From Octopus vulgaris (lineage: Eukaryota): a DNA stretch of 64,000 nt. Below, in pieces: positions 12,278 through 26,330 of this stretch (position 1 is its first letter; each line of letters starts with the position of its first letter). The DNA lies in contig OX597816.1 in the NCBI GenBank assembly GCA_951406725.2, positions 161,696,001 through 161,760,000 on the forward strand. The letters run 5' to 3'. A program made the translations under genes and the position numbers. The notes beneath the pieces are model-generated. The model was not told where the DNA came from and did no database searches. It saw nothing but the letters and a program-made list of their open reading frames with translations.

Positions 12278-13034
12278 TGGGGGAGAAAGATATATGTCAG
12301 AAAACCAGGCAACCAGCTATATGAGTCTATATGACCAAGTAAGTTATTCTGTATGAAAATGTGTACCCAGTTCTTAATCCCCTCAGCCGTTAAATCCTTG
12401 AGGTTTCATCAACTAATGATGGGAGAGTCAGAAAGTTGTCTGCATCTGATTGTGACTAAAATAATTAGCTATTAAAGAAATTAGCCACTTAAAACAATTA
12501 GCAAAAGCAGAGTATATGCTTCTAGGTCATATTCTCATGTGAGCGACAATGTAAGAAGATCTGCGAAACAGAATGATTCAATCAGTCGTGATCAGTTGAC
12601 AGAAAACAAAGGTAACTCCATCATTTCCGTAACTTGTCATCTTAATGGAAATCATTAGAGCTTCAGGTCTTTGGAATCTCAGATATCTATGAAGAAGTAA
12701 CTTAAAACTTGTAAATTGAATACTATTAGACATAGTTGCTTTTACTACTTTCAGAAAATACCAATTCCTTCAGTGTTGAAAGTCAGTTGGATACTAACCA
12801 AACACAGAATCAATGAAAATGTTATCATCACAGTTTTCTTTCTTTTAGGAATTATTTTATTCCTCCATTCTTCTAATTGTTTCTTTTTTTTTTTTTCCAG
12901 ATTCAGTATCTGGCTTCATTCCATGATTTATGATTTAGGATTTATGATTTATGGTTTATTATAATTTCATTTGTTGTGGTAGTTGTTTTAACCCAAGGTC
13001 ATTCCTGATCCGGTTGACCTGTGATTAACCATTT

Positions 13035-13445
13035 TCCTCTTGAGCTACCACCACCTCCTCCACCTCCTCTTCCCCTCTTCCTCTTCCCCCCTCCTCCCCT
13101 CTTCCTCTTCCCCCTCCTCCCCTCTTCCTCTTCCCCCTCCTCCCCTCTTCCTCTTCCTCCTCCTCCCCTTCCTTCCCCTTCCTCCCCCTCCTCCCCTCTT
13201 CCTCCCCCTCCTCGCCTCTTCCCCTTCCTCCCCCTCATCCCCATTTCCTCTCCCCCCCTCTTCCTTCCCCCTCCAACTTCCTTATCACTATCTTGATGAT
13301 AACAACAATGATGATGAAGATGATGATGATGATGAAGATGATGATGAAGATGTTGATGGTGACAATGACAATGGCTGTGACGATGACGATGATGATAATG
13401 GCGACAATGACAATGATGATGATGATGACGGTGATGATGATGATG
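13035..13445. repeat. Polypyrimidine (CCT/CTT)n tract followed by (GAT/GAC)n
   Basis: Direct reading. Confidence 0.9.
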
Positions 13446-13564
13446 AAAGCCTTGCATGATCGTTGTTCTGCTTTCACAGCGTGGCACCTTGGGCTGCCTT
13501 CAGCCAACAAATTCTTTGTGGCAGAAATTAGGAGGCAAAAACTGCTTGGAAGCCTATGCTCACA

Positions 13565-13616
13565 TATATGTGTGTGTGTGTGTGTGTGTATGTATGTGTG
13601 TGTGTGTATGTATGTA

Positions 13617-13647
<31 letters not shown>

Positions 13648-13684
13648 GTGTGTGTGTGTGTGATGTATGTGTGTGTGTGATGTA

Positions 13685-13719
<35 letters not shown>

Positions 13720-14490
13720 ATGTTTGTGTGTCTGTGTCCGTGCATGTCTACATGTATGTGTATGTGCATGTGTGTGTGTGTGTAAGCATGTATGTCTGTG
13801 TGTGTGTGCGCATGTCTGCATGGTGTGTGCATGTGTGTGTGTGTATAAGTATGTATGTCCCTGTGTGTGTGTGTGTGTGTGCATGTATGTCCCTGTGTGT
13901 CTGTGTCCGTGCATGTCTACATGTATGTGTATGTGCATGTGTGTGTGTGTGTAAGCATGTATGTCTGTGTGTGTGTGCGCATGTCTGCATGGTGTGTGCA
14001 TGTGTGTGTGTGTGTGTATGTATGTCCCTGTGTGTGTGTGTGTGTGTGCATGTTTGTGTGTCTGTGTCCGTGCATGTCTACATGTATGTGTATGTGCATG
14101 TGTGTGTGTGTGTAAGCATGTATGTCTGTGTGTGTGTGCGCATGTCTGCATGGTGTGTGCATGTGTGTGTGTGTGTATAAGTATGTATGTCCCTGTGTGT
14201 GTGTGTGTGTTCGTGTGTCTGTGTCTGTGTGTGTGTGTATGTATGTCCCTTTGTGTGTGTGTGTGTGTTTGTGTGCCTCTGTGTGTATGTGTGCATGTCT
14301 GCACATGTTTGTGTGTATGTGTACATGTATGCTCCTGTGTGTGTATGTGTGCATGTATGTGTGTGTGTATGTGTGCATGTATGCCCCTTTGTGTGTGTGT
14401 TTGTGTGTATGTGCATGTGTGTATGTTTGTGTGTCTGTGTACATCACACGTGTGTATGTTTGTGTGTTGTGCATCAAGCTTGTGTGTGAA
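13565..14490. repeat. (TG)n-derived minisatellite with a ~160-170-bp higher-order unit (about 3 copies)
   Basis: Block tctgtgtccgtgcatgtctacatgtatg..gtaagcatg..gcgcatgtctgcatgg recurs near 13730, 13900 and 14060. Confidence 0.8.
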
Positions 14491-14874
14491 ATGTGTCTGA
14501 GTAAAAAAAAAAAAAAATTAGTTGTCATGGTTTCATTCCCAATAAACACTTACATCACTTTGTGCTCTTGATTAGGCTGCTATGTTTAGCAGGTCGAGCG
14601 ACCCTATAGAGACGTCTTTGGTTTATCCACCTTACTTTATATGTCTCTGTAATGATGTTTATAGAGATTCTTCAGTCTGTTGAATAAATGGATATTCTGC
14701 TATTATCAGATTCTTCATTTGTATCGTATCAAAGAAACACTAGAAGCTGGCCTTAGGCAACACACTTAGCTCTGTTTTCTTCTGTAATACAGAACAGTGA
14801 TAGGAAATGGTTAGTTAAATATTTCTAAGAAATTGTACCCAGACTCTGAATAAATCCTCCCCCTCCTGCTGCTG

Positions 14875-14912
<38 letters not shown>

Positions 14913-15419
14913 TGTCATCATTGTCATCGTCATCATCATCTTCTTCACCACCACCACCACCACCACCACCACCATCATCATCATCATTTAATGTCCACAT
15001 TTCCAGCCTTTCATGGATCAGATGATGGAATTTGTTGTAGCAGATTTTCTATAGTTGGATGCCCTCCCTGTTGCCAACCCTCACCTCTTTCCAAGCAAGG
15101 TGATATTTCCCCTGTGGACAGACAATTTTTTTCAGATCTTTGGAAACGAATGGCACTGCTTGTATGACAGTGACACTCATTTACAACTATCACACAATGT
15201 CAAGACAAGGACTGAAACACACACACACACACACTTATACTCTCATAGATGTGAGTGTATGTAGGTGCACACACACACACATATGTACACACAAACAGAC
15301 ACACATGCACACACACATACATATATACATACATACATACACACACACACATACATACATACATACATACATACATACATACATACATACATACATACAT
15401 ACATGCATACATATGTATG

Positions 15420-16190
15420 TTATCATGGTATTATCTACCAATGAGACATGATGTTGTAACTAGGACAGTGTACAGAGAGATCCATTGGAAGGATAATCCC
15501 AAGAATAAAGAAATAAGAACCGACATTATGGTAGAAGCCATAGCCACCCATAATTAAAAGGAATACTGGTGGAATGTCCCACTGAGGACCTCAATATAAT
15601 GTAAGCACAACAGACCTGATATAATGATTTGGGACAGAGAAGAGAAACTGTGCTCAGTTGTGGAAATCAGCTGCCCAGCAGATGTTAACATAAAGCTGAA
15701 GACCAGTGAAAAAGAGAATACCTACGCTGAACTATTGAGAAATATGCAGTTACTCTATTCAGATTATAAGTTCAGATTTATACCTGTAATTATTGGGTCC
15801 TTGGGATATGTAACACACTGCCTAAATACCAATCTTGAGAAATTAGGCTTCTCAAAGCCAGAAAGGAGAAAGCTAATTTGAAGACTACAGATCCAATCCA
15901 TCACTGGAACTGTAAAAATCCATAAAACTTTCCAGACATTTATCATTTAAATCTATATGAGCATGTCTAGATATTTAACTATATGCATGAGAATGAATAC
16001 AGAAAACATACAAATCTGCACGTACATAATACATACATACATACATACATACACACACACAAAAATACCCTGTTGTTAATGTTGAAATTCCAATGAGGGA
16101 GTCTTGGATCTAGGTTAGAAGCTGACTCTTTCTCTATTAGCAGGAAAACCTGAAATAAAAGTGAATAATGATATGCATACAAAATGTAGA
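15420..16190 (+). mobile_element. 3' fragment of R4/Dong-like RLE non-LTR retrotransposon (pseudogenised)
   Basis: RHD motif, HNRPDIMIWD..VVEISCP..K..KENTY..IPVIIGSLG: PD-(D/E)xK restriction-like endonuclease with in-frame stops. Confidence 0.85.
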
Positions 16191-16229
16191 TTATGTCATT
16201 TTTCTGCGGGAGACTTCAGAGATGTGATT

Positions 16230-16800
16230 AGCCGCTACCCCAAAATGTCATGTTTCTACTTTCCTTTGTGACATGAGATTATCACAAAAGCAATATACAG
16301 TGCCATTCGGAAAAAAGACTGTCCTAGAATAGATATAGAGAACCCCACTGAACCCCCTTGTTACTGAATACATACACAAATATCAGCACTAAGAATACTG
16401 GTGGAACATTCCCATCAAAACATCTATCAAGTGTAAGCATAACGGGCCAGATATTGTTGTTTGGGATAGATAAAGAAAATATGTACTGTCAATGATGATG
16501 ATGATGATGATGATGATGATAGGGGTCAGCTGTCTTACTGATGTAAATATCTCTTTGAAAATCAAAGAGAGGGAAGATAACAATGGACAACTGCTTTGAA
16601 ACCTCCAGCTTCAATATCCAGATTATAAATTCACATTGATACCAATAATAATAGTGGCATTTGGTTTTGTGTGTAAATACCAAAATGACAATCTGGATAT
16701 GTTTGGATTTTCAGAAAAGGAAATCAACCAACTAACTTGCACATTATAAATGAAGTCTGTAAGTGGAACAGTAAAAATATGCAAGACTTTTCTCAAGTTT
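16230..16800 (+). mobile_element. Second, diverged RLE retrotransposon 3' fragment
   Basis: KEYWWNIPIKTSIKCKHNGPDIVVWD..; parallels 15420-15950; interrupted by (GAT)n. Confidence 0.7.
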
Positions 16801-17024
16801 AAAAAGGGACTTTGCTTTTGTTATCTCCATTCTAATGATGGAGCTTTGTGTCTTTGTTAGAAACCAGATCCTTCTTCAGAAGAAGAATTCAAATAATCAA
16901 AAGCAGAAGAGAACATTCACATGCACACACACACACACACATGCACACGCACACACACACACATACACACACATACACACACACATACACACACACACAC
17001 ATGATGAGATTCTTTACAGTTTCT

Positions 17025-17395
17025 TATTTCTTTATTGCCCACAAGGGGCTAAACATAGAGGGGACAAACAAGGACAGACAAAGGGATTAAGTCGATGACA
17101 TTGAACCCATGCATAACTGGTACTTAATTTATCGACCCCGAAAGGATGAAAAGCAAAGTTGACCACAGTGGAATTTGAACTCAGAATGTAATGACAGCCG
17201 AAATACTGCTAAGCATTTCGCCTGGCGTGCTAACATTTCTGTTAGCTCACTGCCTTAGATTCATTACAGTTTCTGTCTACCAAATCCTCTCACAAGGATT
17301 TGGTTGGTCTGGTGCTATAGAAGAAGACATTTACTCAGGGTGCTGACACCCCATAGTTGGGAAACAAACTTCTTAATTGCACACCCATGCCTATG
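17025..17395 (-). mobile_element. SINE family B followed by a family A fragment
   Basis: Reverse-complement matches to both families. Confidence 0.75.
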
Positions 17396-18724
17396 AAATT
17401 ATTAAAAATTATTAAAAGACCCAAGCCCAACATACAAACCCCTTAAAACCAACCCCAAAACCTAAACAACCAGTTATGTTTTACAAGGGATCCATACTTT
17501 TACTAAACTCTAGAATTGTAGCTTGAAAACAAACAAAACAGATTTGAAGGAAGACTGCAGATTTAGTACAGCTTATTTGCTTACAACAATATCGACTTAG
17601 TGTGTCTGCTAGTATAAAATTATTTATTTCTATTCCTAGCATGATTAGCACTATTTGCCATTCTTTCCTCTATTCTTACTCGTCTTTGGTGGATTGATTT
17701 TGCTTCAGTTTATCACTCTAACAATCTGATTGTATGAGGTGATCTTTCTCTAATCTATTTTCTGCTTCACTAGCTTTGTTGCCATACATTTTCAAATACA
17801 TCTATCATTTAGACAAATTTCCTAATGAGAATTGCACTTCAATATCTTCTGACTGTTCTCATATTATGAAAAGATCCCAGAAGGATACCTAAAAACAAGC
17901 CTCTCTTGCTCTCCCTCCCTCATCTGTCTTATCTCTCTCTCTCTACCTCTCTCTCTCTCTCTTTCTTGTTATGAGTGTTTCCAATCGAATATTGCTTTAG
18001 TACTTTTGACTGACTGGAAACCGTTTGAAGTAAAATAGCATGAACATTGAAGAACATTCAAATATCTTTTGCTGTAACATTTGTAGTCTGTGTGTGTTTG
18101 AGATTGTTAGAAGCCAGCATTACATATATTGACATGTGAAATTTGCATTCCATTCTATTTCATTGCAGCAGATATAATTTTACAACTTGTGTAAAAGCCT
18201 TGAATAACAACGAATCAATACAAAACAGTAAATTTAGTGTTAATTTCTACCTTTCAAAATATTCCGATATAAAACAGTGATTGTAGTTGTGGAGTGGTGT
18301 CAAGTTCTTTACCTTCAGATTACAGGTTCTTTCTCCTTCCTCACACAGCAGCCACCATCCCATTGACAACCCACCCAACCACATATCATCTCTCTCTCTC
18401 TCTCTTTCATCTTTCTCCTGTCTACTGTATCATTATTATGATTCTGCTGCTCTTCACCCATCCAAGATCATTGAACTCCTTAGCCACTCCTTCTCCATCA
18501 TTCACTACATCCTCCCCACCCACCGCACTCAACACTGGCTCTTACTTCACTATATTTAGGCCACAAGCTAGGCTGTATGATAAGAAGTTTGCTTCTCAAC
18601 CGCATGGTTCCAGGTTCAGTGCCACAGCATGGCAACTTGGGCAAGGGTAACTATTTTCTACTAAAGCTTAAGGCTGAGCACACACTTATGAATGTAATTA
18701 GCTGACAGAAACTGAAAGAAGCCC

Positions 18725-18766
<42 letters not shown>

Positions 18767-18785
18767 TAGATAGATAGGTAAAACT

Positions 18786-18880
18786 TACTTGGAAGAGGAT
18801 GCATGGCATTCATTCATATAATAATATAAATAATATATATATATGCATATATACATACGTATATGTACATACTTACATCT

Positions 18881-18932
<52 letters not shown>

Positions 18933-19185
18933 TAATAAATAAAATATATGCATACATACATACATATATGTACGTACCTACATCTACATGTATATATACA
19001 TGCATATATAAATATATATACGTGAGTACAGGACACCACAAATAGACGTAGAACTCAATGAGAAACGAAAACATAAAATCGAACATGGAAACGGACTTTT
19101 TTTTAACAACGAAAAAACAAAGTACAAGACAAACAACACAAGGAAAATTCCCCTTCATCAGCTGTCCCTGGTTCGACTCCATGTG
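18786..19185 (-). mobile_element. Microsatellite-associated repeat family D (Penelope pLTR-like); relatives at 20480-21020, 58520-59060, 61548-61850, 62530-62730
   Basis: Shared blocks cgttcaatcatata..ataaataat, gtacaggac, aacaacgaaa, cccttcatcag. Confidence 0.55.
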
Positions 19186-19402
19186 TACACACACACACAC
19201 CCAACAAAGCATCATTGTTAAGCTGAAACTGTTGCTAATGTAAAAAGAGACGGAATGGTGAAAGTATTTTTTTTTGTTTTCTGAAAAAGCAATGTTTTGG
19301 ACTTACAACACTTTTACATAATACCAGCGATATGGATTTACATATATTACAATCTGTCTACCTACGACATTTATAACTGTGTGTGACATTTATAACTGTG
19401 TG

Positions 19403-19436
<34 letters not shown>

Positions 19437-19444
<8 letters not shown>

Positions 19445-19672
19445 GATCTACAACTTCAATATCCATACATATCTTACATCTATTTTCTTTCCTCCACATC
19501 ACTCTCTATTTTGTATCACATCTAAATTAACTATGACTTAGCCATCCTCTCACACCGTCTCTGATGAAGGGATATAATTAATAAATATCCTGGAAACAGC
19601 TGTAAGACCTATCTATAAATGTTCTAATATCTACACAGCCTTGGTCTTTATCTCATTACGCAAAAAATTCTT
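19437..19672 (+). mobile_element. Short hammerhead-bearing element (family H1) inserted in (TA)n
   Basis: Homologous to 47990-48235 (minus) and 58330-58520; bounded by (TA)n. Confidence 0.75.
19557..19608 (+). ncRNA. Minimal type-I hammerhead ribozyme
   Basis: gtct-CTGATGA-a-gggatat..atatcct-g-GAAA-cagctg-TA-agac: stem I gtct/agac, 7-bp stem II, palindromic stem III, GUA site. Confidence 0.75.
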
Positions 19673-19683
19673 ATATATATATA

Positions 19684-19885
<202 letters not shown>

Positions 19886-21019
19886 ATATATCTTTAGATG
19901 TTTAACTGTCCATGCTTTTATAGATATTGCTATCTGTCTATATATACATCTATAATTATATATACTTACGTAGATAGATACATATATACATATATACATA
20001 AATATACACACACACACACGTACACAAAACACACACACACATATATATATATATATCTTTAGATGTTTAACTGTGCATGTATTTACATATATAACTATAA
20101 GCATATTTACATATACAACTGTCTGTATATTTACAATTATGATATTCTCTTGAAGATTTCAGATGATTAATGAATCTTGGAGACAATCTGTCAAATGTAC
20201 CTAAAATAATATAGAATAATATTCTGATATGATATACAAATACTGTACACTATTAACTAACAATATTTCAATGTTTGTCTGCTTCTTCAAGTGTCTACAA
20301 TCGAGATAAATATCGGTTAGTTAATTTAGAATGTGAGATCACAGACACATGCATGCACGCATGCACACACACATATATGCACTCACATGTGTACTGACAC
20401 ATGTGCACACACACATGTACAAGCAAACACACATGCAGGCACAAACATGAACACATGTGCATACATTTGTGCATAAATATATATATATATATATATGTTA
20501 ATAAAATATATGCATATATATAAACATATATGTACGTACCTACCTCTACATGTACATATACACGCATATATGTGTACAGGACACCAAAAAGACGTCGAAC
20601 ACATAGAGAGACGAAAAACATAGACACAAACCAAGGAACAAGACAGGCAAAAAAAAGGAGATACAGGACAATAAGCACAACGAAAAATCCCCTTCTTCAG
20701 TCGCTAAAGTTTCATCTACTAAACGTTTCGAAGGATAAAAGCGAGACGTATACTTCGAATGAAAAATTCCTTCCTGCGAAAAGCAAATCAATTAAAATTC
20801 TGAGATCTTGTCGCAGAGGGGTAAAAAAAGCAAGACGGTAACGACAGTACAAACATATAAACAGTAAAAAATATATATATAAACAGTGGAAAAATAAATA
20901 TATAACAGTGAGAGACAGGACAAGGAGAACAAGATAAGAAGGGCTGTTAACGCCAGACGAAAAAAGTATTGCAAACGCTGGATTATAGTGGACGACGAGA
21001 GAGGAAGATGTCGATGCAA

Positions 21020-22527
21020 GTGAAAATCAAAACAAATCAAAATAGATGAACATCAATGGAATTTGTATCTTTGTGGTACCAGTGCCGGTGGCACGTGGCA
21101 CATAAGAAAACCATCCGAACGTGGCCGTAGCCAGTACCGCATCGACTGGCCTCCGTGCTGTGGGCACGTAACAAGCACCATCCGATCATGGCCGTTTGCC
21201 AGCCTCATCTGGCACCTGTGTCGGTGGCACATAAAAACACCATCCGAGCGTGGCCGTCTGCCAGCCTCGTCTGGCACCTGTGTCAGTGGCACATAAAAAC
21301 ACCATCCGAGCGTGGCCGTGTGCCAGCCTCGTCTGGCACCTGTGTCGGTGGCACATAAAAACACCATCCGAGCGTGGCCGTCTGCCAGCCTCGTCTGGCA
21401 CCTGTGTCGGTGGCACATAAAAAACACCATCCGAGCGTGGCCGTCTGCCAGCCTCGTCTGGCACCTGTGTCGGTGGCACATAAAAACACCATCCGAGCGT
21501 GGCCGTCTGCCAGCCTCGTCTGGCACCTGTGTCGGTGGCACATAAAAACACCATCCGAGCGTGGCCGTCTGCCAGCCTCGTCTGGCACCTGTGTCGGTGG
21601 CACATAAAAACACCATCCGAGCGTGGCCGTCTGCCAGCCTCGTCTGGCACCTGTGTCGGTGGCACATAAAAACACCATCCGAGCGTGGCCGTCTGCCAGC
21701 CTCGTCTGGCACCTGTGTCGGTGGCACATAAAAACACCATCCGAGCGTGGCCGTCTGCCAGCCTCGTCTGGCACCTGTGTCGGTGGCACATAAAAACACC
21801 ATCCGAGCGTGGCCGTCTGCCAGCCTCGTCTGGCACCTGTGTCGGTGGCACATAAAAACACCATCCGAGCGTGGCCGTCTGCCAGCCTCGTCTGGCACCT
21901 GTGTCGGTGGCACATAAAAAACACCATCCGAGCGTGGCCGTCTGCCAGCCTCGTCTGGCACCTGTGTCGGTGGCACATAAAAACACCATCCGAGCGTGGC
22001 CGTCTGCCAGCCTCGTCTGGCACCTGTGTCGGTGGCACATAAAAAACACCATCCGAGCGTGGCCGTCTGCCAGCCTCGTCTGGCACCTGTGTCGGTGGCA
22101 CATAAAAACACCATCCGAGCGTGGCCGTCTGCCAGCCTCGTCTGGCACCTGTGTCGGTGGCACATAAAAACACCATCCGAGCGTGGCTGTCTGCCAGCCT
22201 CGTCTGGCACCTGTGTCGGTGGCACATAAAAACACCATCTGAGCGTGGCCGTCTGCCAGCCTCGTCTGGCACCTGTGTCGGTGGCACATAAAAAACACCA
22301 TCCGAGCGTGGCCGTTTGCCAGCCTCGTCTGGCACCTGTGTCGGTGGCACATAAAATCACCCACTACACTCTCGGAGTGGTTGGCGTTAGGAAGGGCATC
22401 CAGCTGTAGAAACACTGCCAGATCTGACTGGACTGGTGCAGCTTTCGGGCTCCCCAGACTCCAGTTGAACCGTCCAACCCATGCTAGCATGGAAAGCGGA
22501 CGTTAAATGATGATGATGATGATGATG
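21020..22527 (+). mobile_element. RTE-type LINE 3' UTR carrying an expanded 62-bp VNTR
   Basis: Flanks match the 3' UTR at 4945-5393; ends cggacgttaaatgatgatg. Confidence 0.8.
21160..22355 (+). repeat. 62-bp tandem array (18 near-identical full units at 21223-22342 plus degenerate flanking units)
   Basis: Unit ggtggcacataaaaacaccatccgagcgtggccgtctgccagcctcgtctggcacctgtgtc; four units have an extra A. Confidence 0.95.
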
Positions 22528-22547
22528 ATATATATGTATATATATAA

Positions 22548-22899
22548 GGCATGGATGTGTGATACGAAGCATTCTTCCCAACCACATGGTTCGGGGTTCA
22601 GTCCCACTGCATGGCACTTTTGGCCAGTGTCTTCTACTATAGTCTTGAGCTGAAAGAAGCCCATTGTATATATATATATATATATCATCATCATTTAACG
22701 TCTGTTTTCCATGCTAGCATGAGTTGGACGGTTCGACCAGGGTCTGGGAAGCCAGGAGGCTGCACCAGGCTCCAGTTTGATCTGGCAGAGTATCTACTGC
22801 TGGATGCCCTTCCTAATGCCAACCACTCCTTGAGCCACTGCCACAGAGGCCAGAGGAGGCTGACAACATCCACGATCAGTTGGTGCTTTTTACATGCCA

Positions 22900-22951
<52 letters not shown>

Positions 22952-23207
22952 TACGTATATATATAAATATATGTCTGTGTGTGTATGTCTTTATGTCTGT
23001 GTTTGTCCTTCACCACTGCTTAACAACCCCTGCTGATGTGTTCATGACCCTGTAACATAGCGGTTCGGCAAAAGTGACTGATAAAATAGGTACCATGCTT
23101 AAAAACAAATAGTACTGGAGTCAGTTCATTTGACTAAAAAGTTCTCCTAAGTGGTGCCCCAGTATAGCCACAGTCTACTGGGTGAAACAAGTAAAAGATA
23201 AGAGATG

Positions 23208-23256
<49 letters not shown>

Positions 23257-23750
23257 GTGGCACGCAATAAGCACCATTCATGTGTGGATCGTTGCCAGTG
23301 TTGCCTGCCAGTGCTGCCTGACTGGCTCCTGTCCCAGTGGCACATAAAAAGCACCCACTACACTCTTGGAATGGTTGGTATTAAGAAGGGTATTCAGTTA
23401 TAGAAACCTTGCCAGATCAGTTTGGAGTCTGGTGCAGCTTCCTGGCTTGCCAGTCCCCAGTCAAACCATCCAAGCCATGCCAGCATGGTAAACGGACGTT
23501 AAACGATGATGATGATGATGATGTATATGTTTATGTGTGTGTGTTTGTACCCCCCATCATCGCTTGACAACTGTTGTTGGAGTGTTTATGTACCCAAAAC
23601 TTATCTCTTTTGCAAAAAAGACCAATAGAGTAAGTACTAGGCTTACAAAAGAATAAGTTCTGGGGTTGATTTGCTCGACTACAGGTGGTGCATCAGCATG
23701 GCCACAGTCAAATGACTGAAACATATAAAAGAATAAAAGAATAAAAGAAT
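22548..23750. mobile_element. Nested cluster of SINE A fragments and RTE 3' tails (22685-22900 minus; 23255-23523 plus)
   Basis: Matches to the family A head and tail and to the RTE terminal motif. Confidence 0.7.
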
Positions 23751-23889
23751 CTATATATTTCATGCTAAACTCCCACTGTTGCTTGTACACACACATCCAT
23801 ATCCGATTAATATTAGAGCTGAACACTACGTGGTCTGATTGTCATGTGTCACATGCATCTAATTGTATCTATAGTATATATATGTATGT

Positions 23890-26330
23890 ATCATCATCAT
23901 CATCATCGTCATCGTCATCATCATCATCATCATCATCATCATCTAACATCTGTTGTCCATGCTGGCATGGGTTGGACTGTTTGATCAGGGCTGGTCAGGT
24001 GAGAGGCTGCACCAGACTCCAGTCTGATTTGGCATGGTTTCTATGGCTGGATGCCCTTCCTAACGCCAACCACTCTGAGAGTGTAATGGGTACTTTTACG
24101 TGACACTGGCATCAGCCACACATTGCCATTGTGAGTCGCAATGCTCGACAGGTGACTTTTTATGTGCCAAATACCTCTGCAAGACCCAATGCTCAAAAGG
24201 TGTTTTTTATGTGCCACCAGCGCAGGTACCAGTTATGTAACACTAGTATCAGCCACATTACCTCTGTGAGGCCCAATGCTCAACTAGTGCTTCTTATGTG
24301 CTACCAGCATGGGTGCCAGGAACACGACACTGGCATTGGTCACATTGTCTCTTTGAGGCCCAACACTTAACAGGTGCTTTGTATGTGCCACCAGCGCAGG
24401 TACCAGTTATGTAACACTAGTATCAGCCACATTACCTCTGTGAGGCCCAATGCTCAACTAGTGCTTCTTATGTGCTACCAGCATGGGTGCCAGGAACACG
24501 ACACTGGCATTGGTCACATTGTCTCTTTGAGGCCCAACACTTAACAGGTGCTTTGTATGTGCCACCAGCGCAGGTACCAGTTATGTAACACTAGTATCAG
24601 CCACATTACCTCTGTGAGTCCCAATGCTCAACTAGTGCTTCTTATGTGCTACCAGCATGGGTGCCAGGAACACGACACTGGCATTGGTCACATTGTCTCT
24701 TTGAGGCCCAACACTTAACAGGTGCTTTGTATGTGCCACCAGCGCAGGTACCAGTTATGTAACACTAGTATCAGCCACATTACCTCTGTGAGTCCCAATG
24801 CTCAACTAGTGCTTCTTATGTGCTACCAGCATGGGTGCCAGGAACACGACACTGGCATTGGTCACATTGTCTCTTTGAGGCCCAACACTTAACAGGTGCT
24901 TTGTATGTGTCACCAGCACAGGTACCAGTTATGTAACACTAGTATCAGCCACATTACCTCTGTGAGGCCCAATGCTCAACTAGTGCTTCTTATGTGCTAC
25001 CAGCATGGGTGCCAGGAACACGACACTGGCATTGGTCACATTGTCTCTTTGAGGCCCAACACTTAACAGGTGCTTTGTATGTGCCACCAGCGCAGGTACC
25101 AGTTATGTAACACTAGTATCAGCCACATTACCTCTGTGAGTCCCAATGCTCAACTAGTGCTTCTTATGTGCTACCAGCATGGGTGCCAGGAACACGACAC
25201 TGGCATTGGTCACATTGTCTCTTTGAGGCCCAACACTTAACAGGTGCTTTGTATGTGCCACCAGCGCAGGTACCAGTTATGTAACACTAGTATCAGCCAC
25301 ATTACCTCTGTGAGTCCCAATGCTCAACTAGTGCTTCTTATGTGCTACCAGCATGGGTGCCAGGAACACGACACTGGCATTGGTCACATTGTCTCTTTGA
25401 GGCCCAACACTTAACAGGTGCTTTGTATGTGCCACCAGCGCAGGTACCAGTTAGTAACACTAGTATCAGCCACATTACCTCTGTGAGTCCCAATGCTCAA
25501 CTAGTGCTTCTTATGTGCTACCAGCATGGGTGCCAGGAACACGACACTGGCATTGGTCACATTGTCTCTTTGAGGCCCAACACTTAACAGGTGCTTTGTA
25601 TGTGCCACCAGCGCAGGTACCAGTTATGTAACACTAGTATCAGCCACATTACCTCTGTGAGGCCCAATGCTCAACTAGTGCTTCTTATGTGCTACCAGCA
25701 TGGGTGCCAGGAACACGACACTGGCATTGGTCACATTGTCTCTTTGAGGCCCAACACTTAACAGGTGCTTTGTATGTGCCACCAGCGCAGGTACCAGTTA
25801 TGTAACACTAGTATCAGCCACATTACCTCTGTGAGGCCCAATGCTCAACTAGTGCTTCTTATGTGCTACCAGCATGGGTGCCAGGAACACGACACTGGCA
25901 TTGGTCACATTGTCTCTTTGAGGCCCAACACTTAACAGGTGCTTTGTATGTGCCACCAGCGCAGGTACCAGTTATGTAACACTAGTATCAGCCACATTAC
26001 CTCTGTGAGGCCCAATGCTCAACTAGTGCTTCTTATGTGCTACCAGCATGGGTGCCAGGAACACGACACTGGCATTGGTCACATTGTCTCTTTGAGGCCC
26101 AACACTTAACAGGTGCTTTGTATGTGTCACCAGCACAGGTGTCAGGCATGCACCATTAGCATTGGCCATGACTATGATTTCATTTGTCTTGATGGGTCTT
26201 CTCCTTAAGCATGGCATATAGCCAGAGGTCTTGGTCACTAGCCATTGCCTCTGTGAGGCCCAGTGTCATCACAGATCATGCTTCACCACTTCGTTCCATG
26301 TCTTTCTGGGTCTACCTCTACCAGAGGTTA
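23890..26330 (-). mobile_element. 5'-truncated RTE-clade LINE carrying a 174-bp array in its 3' UTR
   Basis: Minus strand 26330-26270 encodes GRGRPRKTWNEVVKHDL; (TCA)n tail and terminal motif at 23890-24100. Confidence 0.85.
24209..26140. repeat. 174-bp higher-order tandem repeat (11 copies of an 87+87-bp dimer)
   Basis: Units start at 24209, 24383, 24557, 24731, 24905, 25079, 25253, 25427, 25600, 25774, 25948; monomers A (atgtgccaccagcgcagg..) and B (atgtgctaccagcatggg..) align without gaps. Confidence 0.95.

Noticed and set aside
12526-12611. 86-nt open exon candidate and strong acceptor at 12900
   Set aside because: Weak acceptor, unrecognised peptide and no linked exons
7885-14571. Numerous [12 protein letters not shown] ORFs
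   Set aside because: Translations of dinucleotide microsatellites
21053-22490. 355-435-aa ORFs and CRISPR-like periodicity
   Set aside because: The 62-bp unit has no minus-strand stops and no unique spacers; the period is not a multiple of 3; no cas genes; eukaryotic LINE context
24209-26140. CRISPR array or coding repeat
   Set aside because: Units are entirely repeated, contain stops and lie in a LINE 3' UTR
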